From NCBI GenBank assembly GCA_002269645.1, contig NIVC01002245.1, forward strand, positions 126,374-190,373: a stretch of DNA of 64,000 bases, in the 5' to 3' direction. The stretch comes from Macrostomum lignano (Eukaryota). Shown here one piece after another: positions 1-13,483 of the stretch. The notes under the pieces were generated by a model that worked only from the letters and a program-made list of their open reading frames with translations, was not told the DNA's origin and did not search any database. Made by a program: the position numbers and the translations under genes. Each line of letters starts with the position of its first letter. The first letter of the stretch is position 1.

Positions 1-9
1 AAGAACCTG

Positions 10-612
10 ATGCGCTCTGATGGCCACATGCCGCTTGGCGGAGTCAGAGTTGGCGACGACGAGCAGACGCTGTACCCGCCGTTGCCAAGGCGACCGGCGC
101 CGCCGACAGTGATCAAGGACCTGAAGTTCATGGTGGCGGCTAAGCGAGACCTGGAGGACCGCTTCAGCGCCGGCGCCAGTCTGCCCGCGGTGCCGAACTC
201 GGCGAACTTTCCGGCCGAGCTCGACTGGCTCCGCCGAAAGCGTCGGCGTCAGCAGCAGTCATCGGCGACAACCGTGGCCAAGAATGCCGCCGCTGCCGGA
301 GCCAAGCGGCGCCGTCAGGATGTCGTAGAGGCGGCGGCTTCAGCGCTGCTCGATGAAGTCGTTGGCGGCCAGTTGGAGACGTCGGCTGAGGCGGCGAAGG
401 AGGCGGCAACGTCGGCAACGATTGTCGCTGGCGGCGGCGAAGGAGGCGACGGCGAGGAGCGGGACGACGATGAAGACGAGGAGGCTGGGGTCTTCGAGAA
501 CGATGAGGAGCTGGAGGACAATGACTACGTGGATGCCTACTTTGACAACGGCGAGGGCTACGGGCCTGACGACGGCGAGGAGGACCTGGATGGGGAGTCC
601 TGGTACTACTGA
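10..612 (+). CDS. POLR3G: RNA polymerase III subunit RPC7/C31-like (possibly only the 3' part of the gene)
   Basis: LYPPLP..P near the N-terminus, NFPAEL mid-motif, and an acidic tail 'EELEDNDYVDAYFDNGEGYG..DDGEEDLD..Y' matching the RPC7 C-terminal pattern ENDY..SYF(E/D)DG.DFG. The usual N-terminal GRG segment is not seen, so the gene may begin upstream of the window. Confidence 0.72.
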   Translation: MRSDGHMPLGGVRVGDDEQTLYPPLPRRPAPPTVIKDLKFMVAAKRDLEDRFSAGASLPAVPNSANFPAELDWLRRKRRRQQQSSATTVAKNAAAAGAKRRRQDVVEAAASALLDEVVGGQLETSAEAAKEAATSATIVAGGGEGGDGEERDDDEDEEAGVFENDEELEDNDYVDAYFDNGEGYGPDDGEEDLDGESWYY

Positions 613-798
613 CCGGTGCTACCTGGTACTACTGACCGGTGTTACCTGGTACTACTGACCGGTGTTACCTGGTACTACTGACCGGTGTTACCTGGTACTA
701 CTGACCGGTGTTACCTGGTACTACTGACCGGTGTTACCTGGTACTACTGACCGGTGTTACCTGGTACTACTGACCAGTGCTACCTGGTACTGCTGACC
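599..798 (+). repeat. 23-bp tandem repeat (cctggtactactgaccggtgtta, about 8.5 copies) starting in the last codons of the RPC7-like CDS
   Basis: Unit read directly; the first unit supplies the W-Y-Y-stop codons. Confidence 0.95.
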
Positions 799-1214
799 CT
801 TCAGGTATTTTTGTTAAAGTTCGCATCGAGTATGCCTTGTTACTTTAGCCGTGACCATTTGGTAATTTCTTGTCAGTTCGTCTGTTCTGAGGATTCACAG
901 GCCAAATTTGTCAACTCATTTTGTGCTTGCTGCATACAAGTCTTCTCCTGCTAATTGCATTTTTCTGTTGTTAAAATCAGCGCGTCATGGACAGATTTGA
1001 CGCGTGTGTTGCTTGTTCTGTTCAGAAATAAAAATTGTCATTCAATGAAGCCGCAAATTGTGAGTACTTCTGGCTTCTGTCGGACACTTCACTAATTACG
1101 AGTATATTCGATGTGTTTGAATTTTTTGACCGAGGAATGACTAATTGTGGCTTTATCCTGACCGAAAATCAGATTGGAAAGTTAAATAAGCTTTATTAAT
1201 TGTATCGGGATGCA

Positions 1215-1935
1215 TTATGTATAGTGTCAGTCTGTTGAATAGTGTAAGGATATGTTGAATAATGTCAGGATATGTTAAATAATGTCAGAAAATGTTGCAT
1301 ATACGCTCGTTGCATCATTCTGTGTTGAGTATAGTGTCAGGAGATGTTCAGCATAGTGTCAGATGTTGAATATAGTGTCATGAGATGTTCAATATAGTGT
1401 CAGGTGTTTATTATAGTGTCGGGATATTTTCTGTCGCGTCGTTTAACTAAGAGTTCAGCTGAGTAGCACGATGATTTGGTAAAATAAACGATGTCTCAGT
1501 TTCGATATATTATTCATAAACGATGCTAACACAAACGATGCTCAATATATAATTATTAACGCATTGGGGTGGCGGGGCGCACGGGGCACGAAGCCAGGGT
1601 GGTGGGTACGCTGGATGTACAGTCAATATTTCAATAGTTAATCAGCTAGTCACTTAGTCATAAGTACAGCGGCAGAATACAGCGCTGCCTCATTTTCAAT
1701 ATAGTGTCAGATGTTAAATATAGTGTCAGGAGATGTTCAATATAGTGTAAGGTGTTGAATATAGTGTCAGGAGATGTTCAATATAGTGTCAGGATATGTT
1801 CAATATAGTGTCAGGATATGTTCAATATAGTGTAAGGTGTTGAATATAGTGTCAGGAGATGTTCAATATAGTGTCAGGATATGTTCAATATAGTGTCAGG
1901 ATATGTTCAATATAGTGTCAGGTGTTGAATACGAG
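1215..1935 (+). repeat. Degenerate ~22-bp minisatellite (atagtgtcagg(a)gatgttcaat), interrupted by unique sequence at about 1440-1695
   Basis: Recurrent atagtgtcag core; best conserved at 1700-1930. Confidence 0.8.
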
Positions 1936-1950
1936 TCGTGTAATGTCTAT

Positions 1951-2424
1951 GTGTTGAATAGTGTCAGGCTGTGCTGAATTGTGTCAGGCTGTGCTGAATT
2001 GTGTCAGGCTGTGCTGAATAGTGTCAGGCTGTGTTGTATAGTGTCAGGCTGTGCTGAATTGTGTCAGGTGCTGAATAGTGTCAGGCTGTGCTGAATAGTG
2101 TCAGGCTGTGTTGTATAGTGTCAGGCTGTGCTGAATAGTGTCAGGCTGTGCTGAATAGTGTCAGGCTGTGCTGAATAGTGTCAGGCTGTGTTGTATAGTT
2201 TCAGGCTGTGCTGAATAGTGTCAGGCTGTGCTGAATAGTGTCAGGCTGTGCTGAATAGTGTCAGGCTGTGCTGAATAGTGTCAGGCTGTGTTGTATAGTG
2301 TCAGGCTGTGCTGAATTGTGTCAGGCTGTGCTGAATTGTGTCAGGCTGTGCTGAATAGTGTCAGGCTGTGTTGTATAGTGTCAGGCTGTGCTGAATAGTG
2401 TCAGGCTGTGCTGAATAGTGTCAG
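1951..2424 (+). repeat. 20-bp tandem repeat (atagtgtcaggctgtgctga), about 23 copies
   Basis: Unit read directly; shares the atagtgtcagg core with the preceding array and ends at CAG|GTAAGT. Confidence 0.95.
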
Positions 2425-3248
2425 GTAAGTTACCAAAGTGACTTGCGCTGCAGTATTCTGCAGTTTTATTATTGCGCCATAAAGTTGGCGAAAACCGACC
2501 GGAATTTCTGTTGAAAATTGTGCCAAGCCGAGTCTCGGTTTCTGAAATCAAAGGTCGGCTCTTCAATTTATTCAGTTCCGAAGAAGTTCAGCGCGGTTTG
2601 TCATCATTATCTTAATCTGGTATACACAAAGTGCAGCGGCCACTGGTCATATTTCATGTCGCGCTGGTTTTTGGGCAGAAAGCGGTGCTCGGTGGATCGA
2701 TAAAGTTCGAGTGGCAATGGAGCACCGCGCACCTTTGCCAGGTAGGAGAGAAGGCAAGAGTTGTAAACCGGGGGCCAACATCTGCGAATGCCTGTCCGAG
2801 GGCGCAAAATTTTCGGCTTCGCTCGCTTCGATCATTGCTTGGGGCCTGGGAGCCTCAACTTGCTTTCCATCCCCAGGCCAGACAGAGGTTTGCTGGTCCG
2901 CGGCACCCACCCCCTCCGGGCCAGCGCAGTTCCAGCCACGAGTGTGCAATGCGCCAGCTCTCGTGTACATGTCCAGCCTAAATAATGCGATCTGCACGTT
3001 GCGGCCTCTCACCCACAGCTGGGTTGCCTTTTTACTTTTCTATCGATCCTTTTTTCTTTCGGGCGCCGTCGTTTGTTTCTTCCAGCCAGTCGCAACTCCC
3101 ACCCTGCAGCTGGCTGGCTGGGGCTGCCCATCGCAAAAAACCGCGCATATAAAACAGCCGCTGCACCGACAGACCCCGGCCGCTTTTACTGCCAGGCTCT
3201 CTTCTTCTTCAGCCTAGAAACTCTTCTGTGTTTCAAGCAAGCGAAGCA

Positions 3249-5589
3249 ATGCAGAAGCCGCAGAAGTACGACTGGAAAGACTCCAACCTTGCTCTGTTCG
3301 GCAGCAAGACCGAGAAGGATGTGAAAAGTGAGGTCATTAATGAATCATGCTGTTGTAGGTTAAGCTACCTCATTGTAGCCAGAAGCGTTCAAGTAGGCCA
3401 AGTTGAAGAGTCACTGGTCACTGGTAGATTCTTGTAGAAACTTCAGCTGTGGGGATGTTTACTTCAATATAGTGGATTCAAGAAATCCGTTTCGGTCATC
3501 ACTAGCGTGTCTTGAGTCTTAATCGTAGATCAACCTTGGACAAAGCACGTACTTGTTGCTTCCTTTAAACTTCGAAAGTCCACAAGGTCGGAAGTTGACC
3601 ATGTCAGACAAAAACTGACTTGGACTAATTGTTGCCCGCAGAGGCCGCGTCCGAGGTCGAGACGGCCTGGCAGCCGGTGAAGGAGTGCACAAGCGACGAG
3701 CTCTTCGTGTGGCGCATCGAGAAGTTCAAAGTAAAGGCCTGGCCCAAGGAGGATTACGGCAAGTTCTTCAGCGGCGACTCCTACATCGTGCTCAATGTGT
3801 ACAAGGACCCCGACGGTGATGAGCTGCTCTACGATGTGCACTTCTGGATTGGAAAGCACAGCACTCAGGTGCGGGAGCTTTTGAGCACTAGATGTAGCAC
3901 TAGTAATTAGCGTTGTATTAAGCTTAAATCTTTGAATATCCTCAATCAGGACGAGTACGGCACGGCCGCCTACAAGACCGTGGAGCTGGACACCTTCCTG
4001 GACGACAAGGCCGTGCAGCATCGCGAGGTTCAGGAGCACGAGTCCTCGATGTTCAAGTCCTACTTCAAGACCATCACGTAAGCGAGTGGGCTAGATTAGT
4101 AATCCATTCTGTTTCTGCATTGATGTAGGCCAGATTAGCAATCCATTCTATTCCCTACATCCATGTCAGGCTAGATTCTCAGTTTACTGTAGTCTTTCTT
4201 CCATTTTTGCTAGATTAAAAATCCACTTTCCCAACCTCTCGCTGCGCCGGAAGTTATCTCAAGGGCGGCTGCGCCACCGGCTTTCGGCAGGTGAAGCCTG
4301 AGGAGTACAAGCCCCGACTGCTGCACTTCTGTGGAGTCCGGCGCAACATTGAGGTCAAGGAGGTCAAGCTGACCAGGAAAGCTCTCAACTCCAATGACGT
4401 TTTCATCCTGGACCTCGGCCGCACCGCCTACCAGTGGAACGGCAAAACCTGCAACAAGGACGAGCGCATCAAGGCCGCCGCTTTCCTGCAGCAGCTGGAG
4501 AACGAGCGCCACGGCAAGACGCAGACTTTCACCCTGGATGAGAACAGCATCGGCTCCGAGCACAAGTTCTACCAGAGCCTGCCGGACGTGCCCTACGCCA
4601 AGAAATCCTCGGAGGTGAAAAGCGATGTGCGCAGCGGCAAGAAGGCCATGTTCAGGTGCGCATCTGTTGGCTGATGCTGGCCTGTCTTGCACCCACCCCA
4701 TCCTCCGCCCTCCGCACAGGTTTCAGTCCCGCACCCACCCCATCCTCCGCACGGGTTTCAGTCCCGCACCACCCCATCCTTCGCACGGGTTTCAGTCCCG
4801 CACCCACCCCATCCTTCGCACGGATTTCAGTCCCGCACCCACCCCATCCTCCGCACGGGTTTCAGTCCCGCACCCACCCTATCCTCTGCACAGGTTTCAG
4901 TCCCGCACCCACCCCATCCTCCGCACAGGTTTCAGTCCCGCCCCCACCCCATCCTCCGCACAGGTTTCAGTCCCGCACCCACCCCATCCTCCACACGGGC
5001 TTCAGTCCCGCGCTCTCACCATTCTCTCTCTATCTCACTCATCTCACCGTCTCATCTTACCCATAGGCTGTCGGACGAGTCGGGCAAGCTGCAGTACTCG
5101 CTGGTCTCCGAAGGCAACTGCCCCAGGTCTATGATCAATGAGGATGTAAGCGTAACTTTAGTTCTCAGCTACTTTATGAGTAGTATTGGTTGCAGATCAT
5201 CACATACTTGACCGTTCGCCCGTCCAGGATGTGTACATCATCGACACGGGCGTGGAAATTTTCGTATACGTCGGCGCCAGGGCCTCGGACGCTGAGAAGA
5301 TGAACGCGCTGCAGTATGCTCATGTGAGTGATTGCTCGAGTTTGAGATAACTTTATCACGTTAGTTTGTGCGGTGGGGGGGGGGCTGTGCCTTTGGAGTT
5401 CAAATTCAGAGAGTTATAGTATGCATTACCCGCTGAGCTAATCTGCACCCCACGATGAGGCTCTCTACTAGACACCTGGTCCATTTCGAACCACAGGACT
5501 ACCTGAAGACCACGCAGCATCCGCTGATTCCGGTGACGGCCTGCCGCGGCAACATGAAGAACCCGCAGATGGAGAAGGTCCTGGACTGA
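3249..5589 (+). CDS. Gelsolin/severin-like three-domain actin-binding protein, 7 exons, 367 aa
   Basis: Exons 3249-3327, 3642-3868, 3950-4077, 4254-4655, 5067-5145, 5228-5323, 5497-5589 splice in frame via GT-AG introns (1104 nt). Motifs [93 protein letters not shown]. Confidence 0.95.
4689..5012 (+). repeat. 35-bp intronic minisatellite (gcacccaccccatcctccgcacaggtttcagtccc), about 9 copies, in gelsolin intron 4
   Basis: Unit read directly; explains the spurious His/Pro-rich ORFs 4625-5211. Confidence 0.95.
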
Positions 5590-6522
5590 TCGCTAACGAA
5601 TCCTACTAATAGTAATAACAAGAAAAAGACTGCTCGCTTCCTATGCGAAACCAGCAGCGCTAATCCGGGCCCGGTAGCTGATCAGCTGCCTGCATGTGGG
5701 CACCGTGCCATTAAATCCGCTGAATATCTTCTGATTAGTCGAACATTTAGCCCTATACATGTAATTTGTTATAATGATCAGCTGACAGCAGCTCTCACTA
5801 AACTTTTTAGTCGGTTTTCAATGCTCTGCAATCAGTTCTATTAATTTAAAGCAATTTCAAGCAATTTTAAGCGGGCTTATCAGCTTTTAATTAATAAGCT
5901 TTTTAATGATGGAAACATTAATAAACACGCGGTGCCAGTCAACTACCGCATAAAATACCACAGCTAACGGATTTTATGTTTCTCACCCGCTGTGTTTCAT
6001 TGGAAATTGATTTACAATTTTGCCAATTTAAACTAAAAAAACAGTTCTAATGGAAAAAATGCAGGCTTTTTAAAGTTACGACCCAGGAATAGCGGTTTGT
6101 CACGGAATGATTTTGTCCGATTTTTTCGAAAAGGAATTCGAAAATTGTTTTTGTTGAAGAGCGGCAATCCATTTTAGCTCGTAACATCCATCTCGAAGTC
6201 TGAAGAAGCCTGTCTCATTTCCAATATTCAATGATGAGGCATTTCAACCTTAGTTTGTTCCCAAGGGTCCAAGCCACATCCCAATGTCTGCTTCCAGCCT
6301 TCTTCCCCGAACAAAGAACTGCGTTTAATTCGAGACTGCACTTATTGGAATTCTTCAAACACGAATTACCTGGTCAGTGTGACTCGATCTCCAAAGGTAT
6401 GCGTGTGCCCAGCTAGAAGCCCCTGGATATCTGTTCATGCCGTCATGCTTCAGTCTTCCCCAAATTGATCGGGAAGGTGTAAATTTTTTTGGATTATAAG
6501 CGCAGAATTTCGTTAAGTCACT

Positions 6523-6635
6523 CCAAACGGAATGCCGATGGCGCCAAACGGAATGCCGATGGCGCCAAACTGAATGCCGATGGCGCCAAACGGAATGCCG
6601 ATGGCGCCAAACGGAATGCCGATGGCGCCAAACTG
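6523..6635 (+). repeat. 21-bp tandem repeat (ccaaacggaatgccgatggcg), about 5 copies
   Basis: Unit read directly. Confidence 0.9.
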
Positions 6636-9157
6636 GATTCGTCTCTGATCGAAGGGCTCCGTCTAGTAAACAAATACTCTCTCTATTATCTTCAAAATTT
6701 CATTTCTGTCAAAGCCTCGCTAAAAACTAGCTTATTTTGCATCAGCTAGCATTGAAAATTACGCAATAGAGTTGAATGACGAAAACTGTTTGCACTCGAT
6801 GGCATTGACCATTTTTAGCTAAGAACAGCAAAGTTTATGTTTAACTTTTGTCAAAAATCTTTCATTACCACGCTAATTGTTACTGCGTCAAATATTGTGA
6901 CGCCAATAAACAGCAGGTGATAAAATATTTCTCCTTGGCATTTAAATACTATAAAAAGCAGCTAGCTCTCCACAACAAATCGCCACTCTACACTCCCAGA
7001 AAATCTCCAACCGCATTCTCCAACTCCGTAATGGTACTCAGACAGCCCGCCATGCTATGCTCTTTGCTGGCCGCCATCGCCTGCTGCATCATTTGTGCTT
7101 CAGTCGACTGCGAGGAAGTCAGCAGTGCGAATAGAATAATAATCAGGTACCCACCATCTAGAACTCTCAATCAACGAAGTCAGCTGTTCGGGGTACATAT
7201 TTGACCTTGAGCTTCGAAAAATGACTGCCAGGGAGACCGAAAACAATCCAATTATTAATCGCCTAGGCATTCGGCTACTTCTGTCAGGCACAAGCATTCA
7301 GTTGGACTGTAATGAAGTGATGTACTTTCGGCCCTAAAGTTTCTATTCAGCTTTGAATGTATTAATAACTGATGGATATGCTCAAACTAGCAAAAGCTGT
7401 TGAGTATTGGCTGTAATTTACTATGACAGCATCCTTTAATGCGAAAGACTGAGAAAATGACATACAAACCCTTATCAAACCAAGTGTTGTGCAATCGTGC
7501 CCTTTCTCGCCCTCCTGCCCCGCCCCAACCCTCCAGTCTGCCCCACCCCTCCAATCAATAATCAACGCGTACGCCGATCACGCCACCCCGCCCCACCTCC
7601 CCTGCTGTACCGTACATTTGTTCTTAAGTTATATTCATGTACGCGTAGGACCAATGAAAAATATAGTCGCTGTCTGGAGGGCAGACTCCTCCCTTGCGCG
7701 CGTTGGTCCGCCTCCGTTGGCTATTGACTAAAACGACTCGTCGATCTACCATAAAAAGTGCACGGCGAACTGCATCGGCTACGGTGTGTAAGTTCGTGTT
7801 CGCGAGTTACTGTCCTTTTTCTGCTTCTCCCTAGGGCGCGGGACGGGAGCTCTGACTGGGGACGTGGGGGTCGCAGCTTCCCGACAGGTTAAAGCTGTAG
7901 GCGTTGCTCCGGAGGACGGGGGCTCACAACACAAGCAAGAAGCTGCGCCTTTCTTCGCTTTCCTCCCTTTGCTCGCTTGCCCTTGCTCACTCTTGTACTT
8001 GCATTAAATACGTAATCTCAGACCTAAGTAGACAATCTCCAACGACGACAGGTCGACAGGAAGTTTACAACGGAACTTCTTGGAGTCACCAGATTTTTTT
8101 CCTCATTGTTGAATCGTAACAAGCTTCTTACTTGGAATGCCTTCTTTATATTACAGTTCCTTTTGTAAGGTAGAGAGACTATCTAGTCCTAGCATTAAGC
8201 TGACCCACAGCCACACCGACTTGTGCAGACTGGCTCGCAGCAAAATTTTGTCCAAATCAAATGTAAGACTGCAGAGTACTATTGCTGCTGAGTATTAAAG
8301 ACACTTGTCGGTGAGATCTTTACAAGCTACGAGCTATATAGCCTGCTTTAGAATATTGATTTTGTGGCTATAACTTATATAAAAACTTTAAAATTGACAC
8401 TGCCTGCCTGACAGGCTCGGCAGGAGCAGTCGCGGTGCTTGGTGAGGTCAAAGAAGCTTCTCAGCTGGGTAACCCACTTGGGAATCGCGTTGACTTGTCA
8501 CTTCTTGGGTTCCAGTCCATCGTTCTGTCGAAGGTCTCAACTTCAGACAGGATAAAAACGGCAGTTTTGTGCACCCCGTGTAGTCGCTGGGACTTTGATC
8601 TCGTTTGATTTGAAGCAGAGCCAGCATAGTGCCTAGTTTCGTTAGATTTTGACAGATCATTTGATTTAAGGGTGACCAATTTTTTTAATTGCCTTATCTA
8701 CTGTCGTTTTAGTGTATAAATTGTGCGGAAGATCCGTTACGTTGAGCCCTCTATCGGGTTTTTTGTTTGTTTGTGTGAAAAAAGTTTCAACCACTATCAG
8801 CTGCAGAAGACTTGAATACACACTGCCTTTTGTATTGAATACGGGAAATACGTGCACACTACACAGGTGCAGTGCTTACGAGCGTATTTCCTCTGCCAGG
8901 TACACGCAGCAGCAGCCACTAGCTCGCGCCGCCAAACTGACACTATCGCACGAGTGTGCGTCCTCCACTTGAGCAGAGGTTGGAAGCCTGCGGTTAATTC
9001 TGCAACCAGCCGTCAAGGGGTCTTTTTTATCGAATCAGATAAGCAAGGAAAATCTTCAACTAGTGATTTTCGAGAAGCAATGAAGTACAGTTACATGGAA
9101 GCATTTTATAAATAAACCTGTAAATTATGCAGTAGCTGCCTTTCGGCAGTGACAGAA

Positions 9158-12100
9158 ATGTACTGCGAATCGAACAGGGCAGAGCTCAAATTGGCATTAC
9201 GAGACGGCGACCTGAAAGCAGCAGAGAGGCTGCTTACTGTCCAGCCCCATTCTGCTGATGCTGAAGATCCCGATGGAAGCCGACCGCTGCATGTGGCAGC
9301 GGCATTCTGCGCTCCTGCTGTGCGGCTGCTGCTTAAGCACGGCGTCGGGCTCGACTGTCCTTCTGACAAGAAGGTCGGCTCGCCGCTGTTTGTTGCCGTC
9401 TTCTGCGACCAGTTGGACGCCGTCGAGGTGCTGATTCGCGCTGGCGCCGATGTTCATTTTTGCAGCACCGGCTCTCCAGCTCTCTGGGTGCTGGCCGCGG
9501 CTTCAAGACTAGCGAAGACACCGAGTGAGCAGGAGAAGCGCATTTTAAGTCAAATGCGACTCACCCTGACTGAACTGGCCATGCTCAGGGGCCACCGAGA
9601 GATACTGAATCTGCTCTTATCGATGGGCGCGGATTTCACAACAGCAAAGGACAACGGATTTGCAGCGATTCAAATTGCGGCTTTGTGTGGCAGAATGGAA
9701 CTGACCGACTGCCTGGTTGGAGTGCTTTTGGAATCGCAAAAGCGGAACGAGCTGTACGCATCACCGCTTCACCTCGCCGCTAAGAGAGGTCTCCTGGAGT
9801 TTGTTCGATTTCTAATAAGATCCGGAGCGAATGTTGATCTTCAGCTCCGCTGCTCAAACGCAACGCCTTTGTACATCGCTGCTCAGCACGGACACGCGGA
9901 AGTGATTTCCTTATTAGCTGAGTCGGGAACGGACCTGAACTTCCAGACTAACAAAGGTCGTGCAGCCTTGCATGCAGCAGCCCAGTCAGGACGTGTCGAG
10001 TCTGCGCAAGCGCTCATTAAACATGGAGCCAACATAGATCTCGGGGACAAGGACGGCTGCACGCCGCTCATCATAGCGGCCCGTCACGGGCACACAGCCG
10101 TGATTACTGAGCTCTTGCAGGCAGGAATTAAAATTGACCACCAGACTAAATTGGGAGCAACGGCGCTTTTAGTGGCTGCCAAGAATGGCAAACTCGACGT
10201 TGTACGCAAGCTGCTAGCATCCAACGCCAACATTAACCTGGCCGATTGCAAGGGCTTCAGTCCCCTGCATGCAGCGGCACAGAACTCTCAAGCCAACCTT
10301 GTCGATCTGCTTGTCGCAGCCGGAGCCAATATCGACAGCCTGACCAGAGCGGGCGACTCCCCGCTTTGCTTAGCGACCAGTAAGGGCCGCGTAGACGCCA
10401 CCGTCAGTCTGATTCGTGCCGGGGCCTGCGGCAACTCTCTTTGGCCGAAGCCGCTATCGTCGCCAATGTTCGCAGCAGCAAAGGGAGGTCACATTCAGGT
10501 GATTGAGAAACTGATTGGGGCTCAGGCGGATGTTGATGTCCAGACAAAAAAAGGATCACCTCTCATGATTGCCGCTAGGAATGGTCATATCGCTGTCGTC
10601 GCAAGTCTGGTTCAGGCCGGAGCAAACTTGAACCAGCGAAACCGCCGGAAAGAATCTCCATTGCTTGTTGCACTGGAGAACGGCCACACTAAGGTTGCGA
10701 AGTTGTTGATCCAGTCGCAGGCAACCATAGAGCCTTGGTTGACAGCTCTTGCCATGAGTGCCTTGCCGAGCAGTATCTCTGCATCTGACAGCTCAGACAC
10801 GAGCCTGATGGATTCTTGCGAATCTTTGAGCTCCGAAATGAGGCTTGCCGGTTTCACAGCAGCGAACGCCGCAATGCAAAGCAGGATTGCGGCCACCCTA
10901 GAATTCATCCAAAAGCAAAGGCTGCCTTCTGATCAGTTCTCCATCGTTGGTAGCTTCTCTGATGGATGGGGCATGTGCTTTACGCAAAACGATGGAAAGC
11001 TGGACCCGGATTCAGACATCGATATGACAGCGCTACAGCAAGGCCCTGTGGTGAAAGTCTGCTCCGAACATAGCTATAGCGACGGGCACATCGAGATTGA
11101 TATCTCAGGTAGGAGTAACCGGTCTAATTTACAAACAATCGATCATTATCATCATGCACCCTGTTACTTCCGTTCCAGTTTCTGAGCCAAGTGTCACTCA
11201 AAATGGATCAATGCTTCGACCGAATATGGACTTTGTGACTGCGTATCCACTCAGTGAGTATCCCACGATCGCTGTGCTGCAGTCTGGCTATCAGTCGTGC
11301 ATTCCGTCCAACATTCTGAAATCGCTCGCGGACGAGCTGAAAAACTCGCCATGCCATTTGGTTGCCGCAGCGCCGCCAGGGCTGAGTGGCAAACGAATGC
11401 GAGTCAGCACCAACCTGCTTGAGAGGCGGCTCATGCAGAGCCTAACCGACGAGCAGGGCCAGGTTTTCGTGCTGCTGAAATACATTATCAAAAAAGTAAT
11501 TTCCGCTAAAGTGAATGGACTGAAAACGTACCACGCCAAGAACACTTTCTTCTTTATGCTCGACGGGACGCCAAGAGAACACTGGACTAAAGAGAGTCTT
11601 CATGAGCTGGTGAGACGATCGTTGGAGCTTCTGCTTAAAAGAGGTTTTCACAACACAAGAACTGACTTCTGTTCACCGCATCAGTGCATGCAACACTTTT
11701 TCCTGCGAGATGCATTTGTTTATCTGCACCGCAATCACCACCCCAAGTCGGAAATCCGAAGAGCCATTGAAGAAGTTATTTGCAATCTTTCTACTGCACT
11801 GGAAGAATTTCGACAAGGACTCTGCAAAAATCCTTCTATGGAGTTCCAGTTTCACCCGTTTCTTCTACTGCCCGTGCTGGAAGAGCGGTCATTTCCTACA
11901 GCTGAGCTGCAGTACCACGATACCTACGATGTTATCAAGTATGTCCTCTTGTCGCTGGCTGATGACAACTTTGAAAAGACCATCAAAGAGGAAATCAACA
12001 GCATACCTGATTGGGCCAGAACTGCTCGAGAGTGCCTCAGAGCGATGGCGCTCATGAGGACTGGCAAAAGCGGCTATTCACTCGTCGCCCCGGTCAGCAC

Positions 12101-13079
12101 CGTCAGCAAGTCCATCCCGAGCTCGGTGGAGGACGTCCTCCGTTATCTTCAGACCAACGACTCAGCTTGGAAATTCTATTTCCGATTTCACAAGAAAGTC
12201 GAGTTCAAGTTTCTTCCAGCCTATCTGAGAGAGATTTTTCCACTGAGTCGGGGAAGTCGCGACCAGGCGAGCTACATCAATTTCGACGCGCTGTCCAAGG
12301 CGCTCCGCCTCGAGTTCATTCGAAAACAACCGAATGGCAATGAAAAAGCAGCTGAACTCTTCAACACATTTTCTTGGGACTACGGCGATCCCCAGGATCT
12401 GGGGCTGTTGCTGCATTACTGCCTGCAGCACAGCATCAGCAATGAACAGCTAATGGGAGTTTTCGACAGGCGTAGGAAGAGAATCACGGCTGCTCATCTG
12501 AGTAGGCTGGTCTCGACTTTATTGGATGCTCAGGTAGGCGCTTTTTGTTTAGCATTAATTGGTTTTAAAAACAATTTTCATAGCTCATAAATATCGATTA
12601 CATTGAATTACTTGCTGTATTGGTTTGATCTACGTATTTCGATTAACTTCAGCCCAACCTGAAGCATAAACTGATAGAAAATACTCTTCGCCGACCTTCT
12701 GGAGCCAGTCTAGCTACTGACATCGTGGCAACGCGTGAGTAGTATTGCTCTTACTCAACTGAAAGAGTGAAAGCGGATTTCTCGAATCATCGTTCATAAA
12801 TAATCAATAACATTTTTAGATGAACTTGCGGGTTCCATGGGGACAAAACGACAGCCGCCGGCACCAGTCAAGAGCGGTCAGTCCAGCGACGTTCGCGCCA
12901 ACCAAGCAGACAATGAGGACAAACAAGGCCACCAAAATTCTAATAAAGTCGTTAAACGCAGGCAGTCGTTCACCCACGCCAGATACAAAAGGGAGGCCGC
13001 ACACTCGGCAATAATCAGACAAGGCTGCGTTAGTCTGTTTGATTCGAATTGGAGAAAAGAGTTAGACTTCGCTAAGTAG
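9158..13079 (+). CDS. Ankyrin-repeat + Mab21/cGAS-like nucleotidyltransferase (cGLR-like) protein, 4 coding exons, about 1215 aa
   Basis: Exons 9158-11108, 11179-12533, 12653-12734, 12820-13079 splice in frame (phases 1, 0, 1). More than a dozen ankyrin repeats (TPLHxAAxxGHxxVVxxLL). NTase motif VGSFSDG...DSDIDM, third acidic residue in MDFVTAYP, Mab21 C-lobe HLVA..P...RVSTNLLERRL..SL....VLLKY...LKTYHAKN.FF. An upstream exon is possible (acceptor AG at 9148-9149). Confidence 0.88.
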
Positions 13080-13483
13080 GGCTCTAGGGCTGCTAGGGGT
13101 AAAATGATGGGACATTCCGATCCTTGGAATTTTCTCCTAACACAGTCTGTTGCATCGAAAGTTTCTTGCAATTTTCAATGATTCTGCATGTTTATTTACA
13201 ACTTGTTACTTTCAGTAGCATTCGCTATTGCTAATACACAATGTAGTGGTCAATAGCGCCTCTACAGTTAAAATACACGAATGAATGGGGCAGCCTGCCT
13301 AGCATGTGTTTTTCCAACGCAATACGAATTCATTAACACGCCTCTGAAGTTCTGTACAGACAGTGTACTGAAACTCCAATGTATTTAGCGAGCCTCACCA
13401 CCACATCAACAGTTCCTAAGCGCATCAAAGTACCAGCTCAAAGCACTTCGACAAGGTCAAATAGGAAGTGCCGGCCCCAGAGC

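Noticed and set aside
6848-8980. Short ORFs upstream of the ankyrin gene
   Set aside because: No domain similarity or codon bias seen; probably promoter, UTR or intron sequence of the ANK-cGLR gene.
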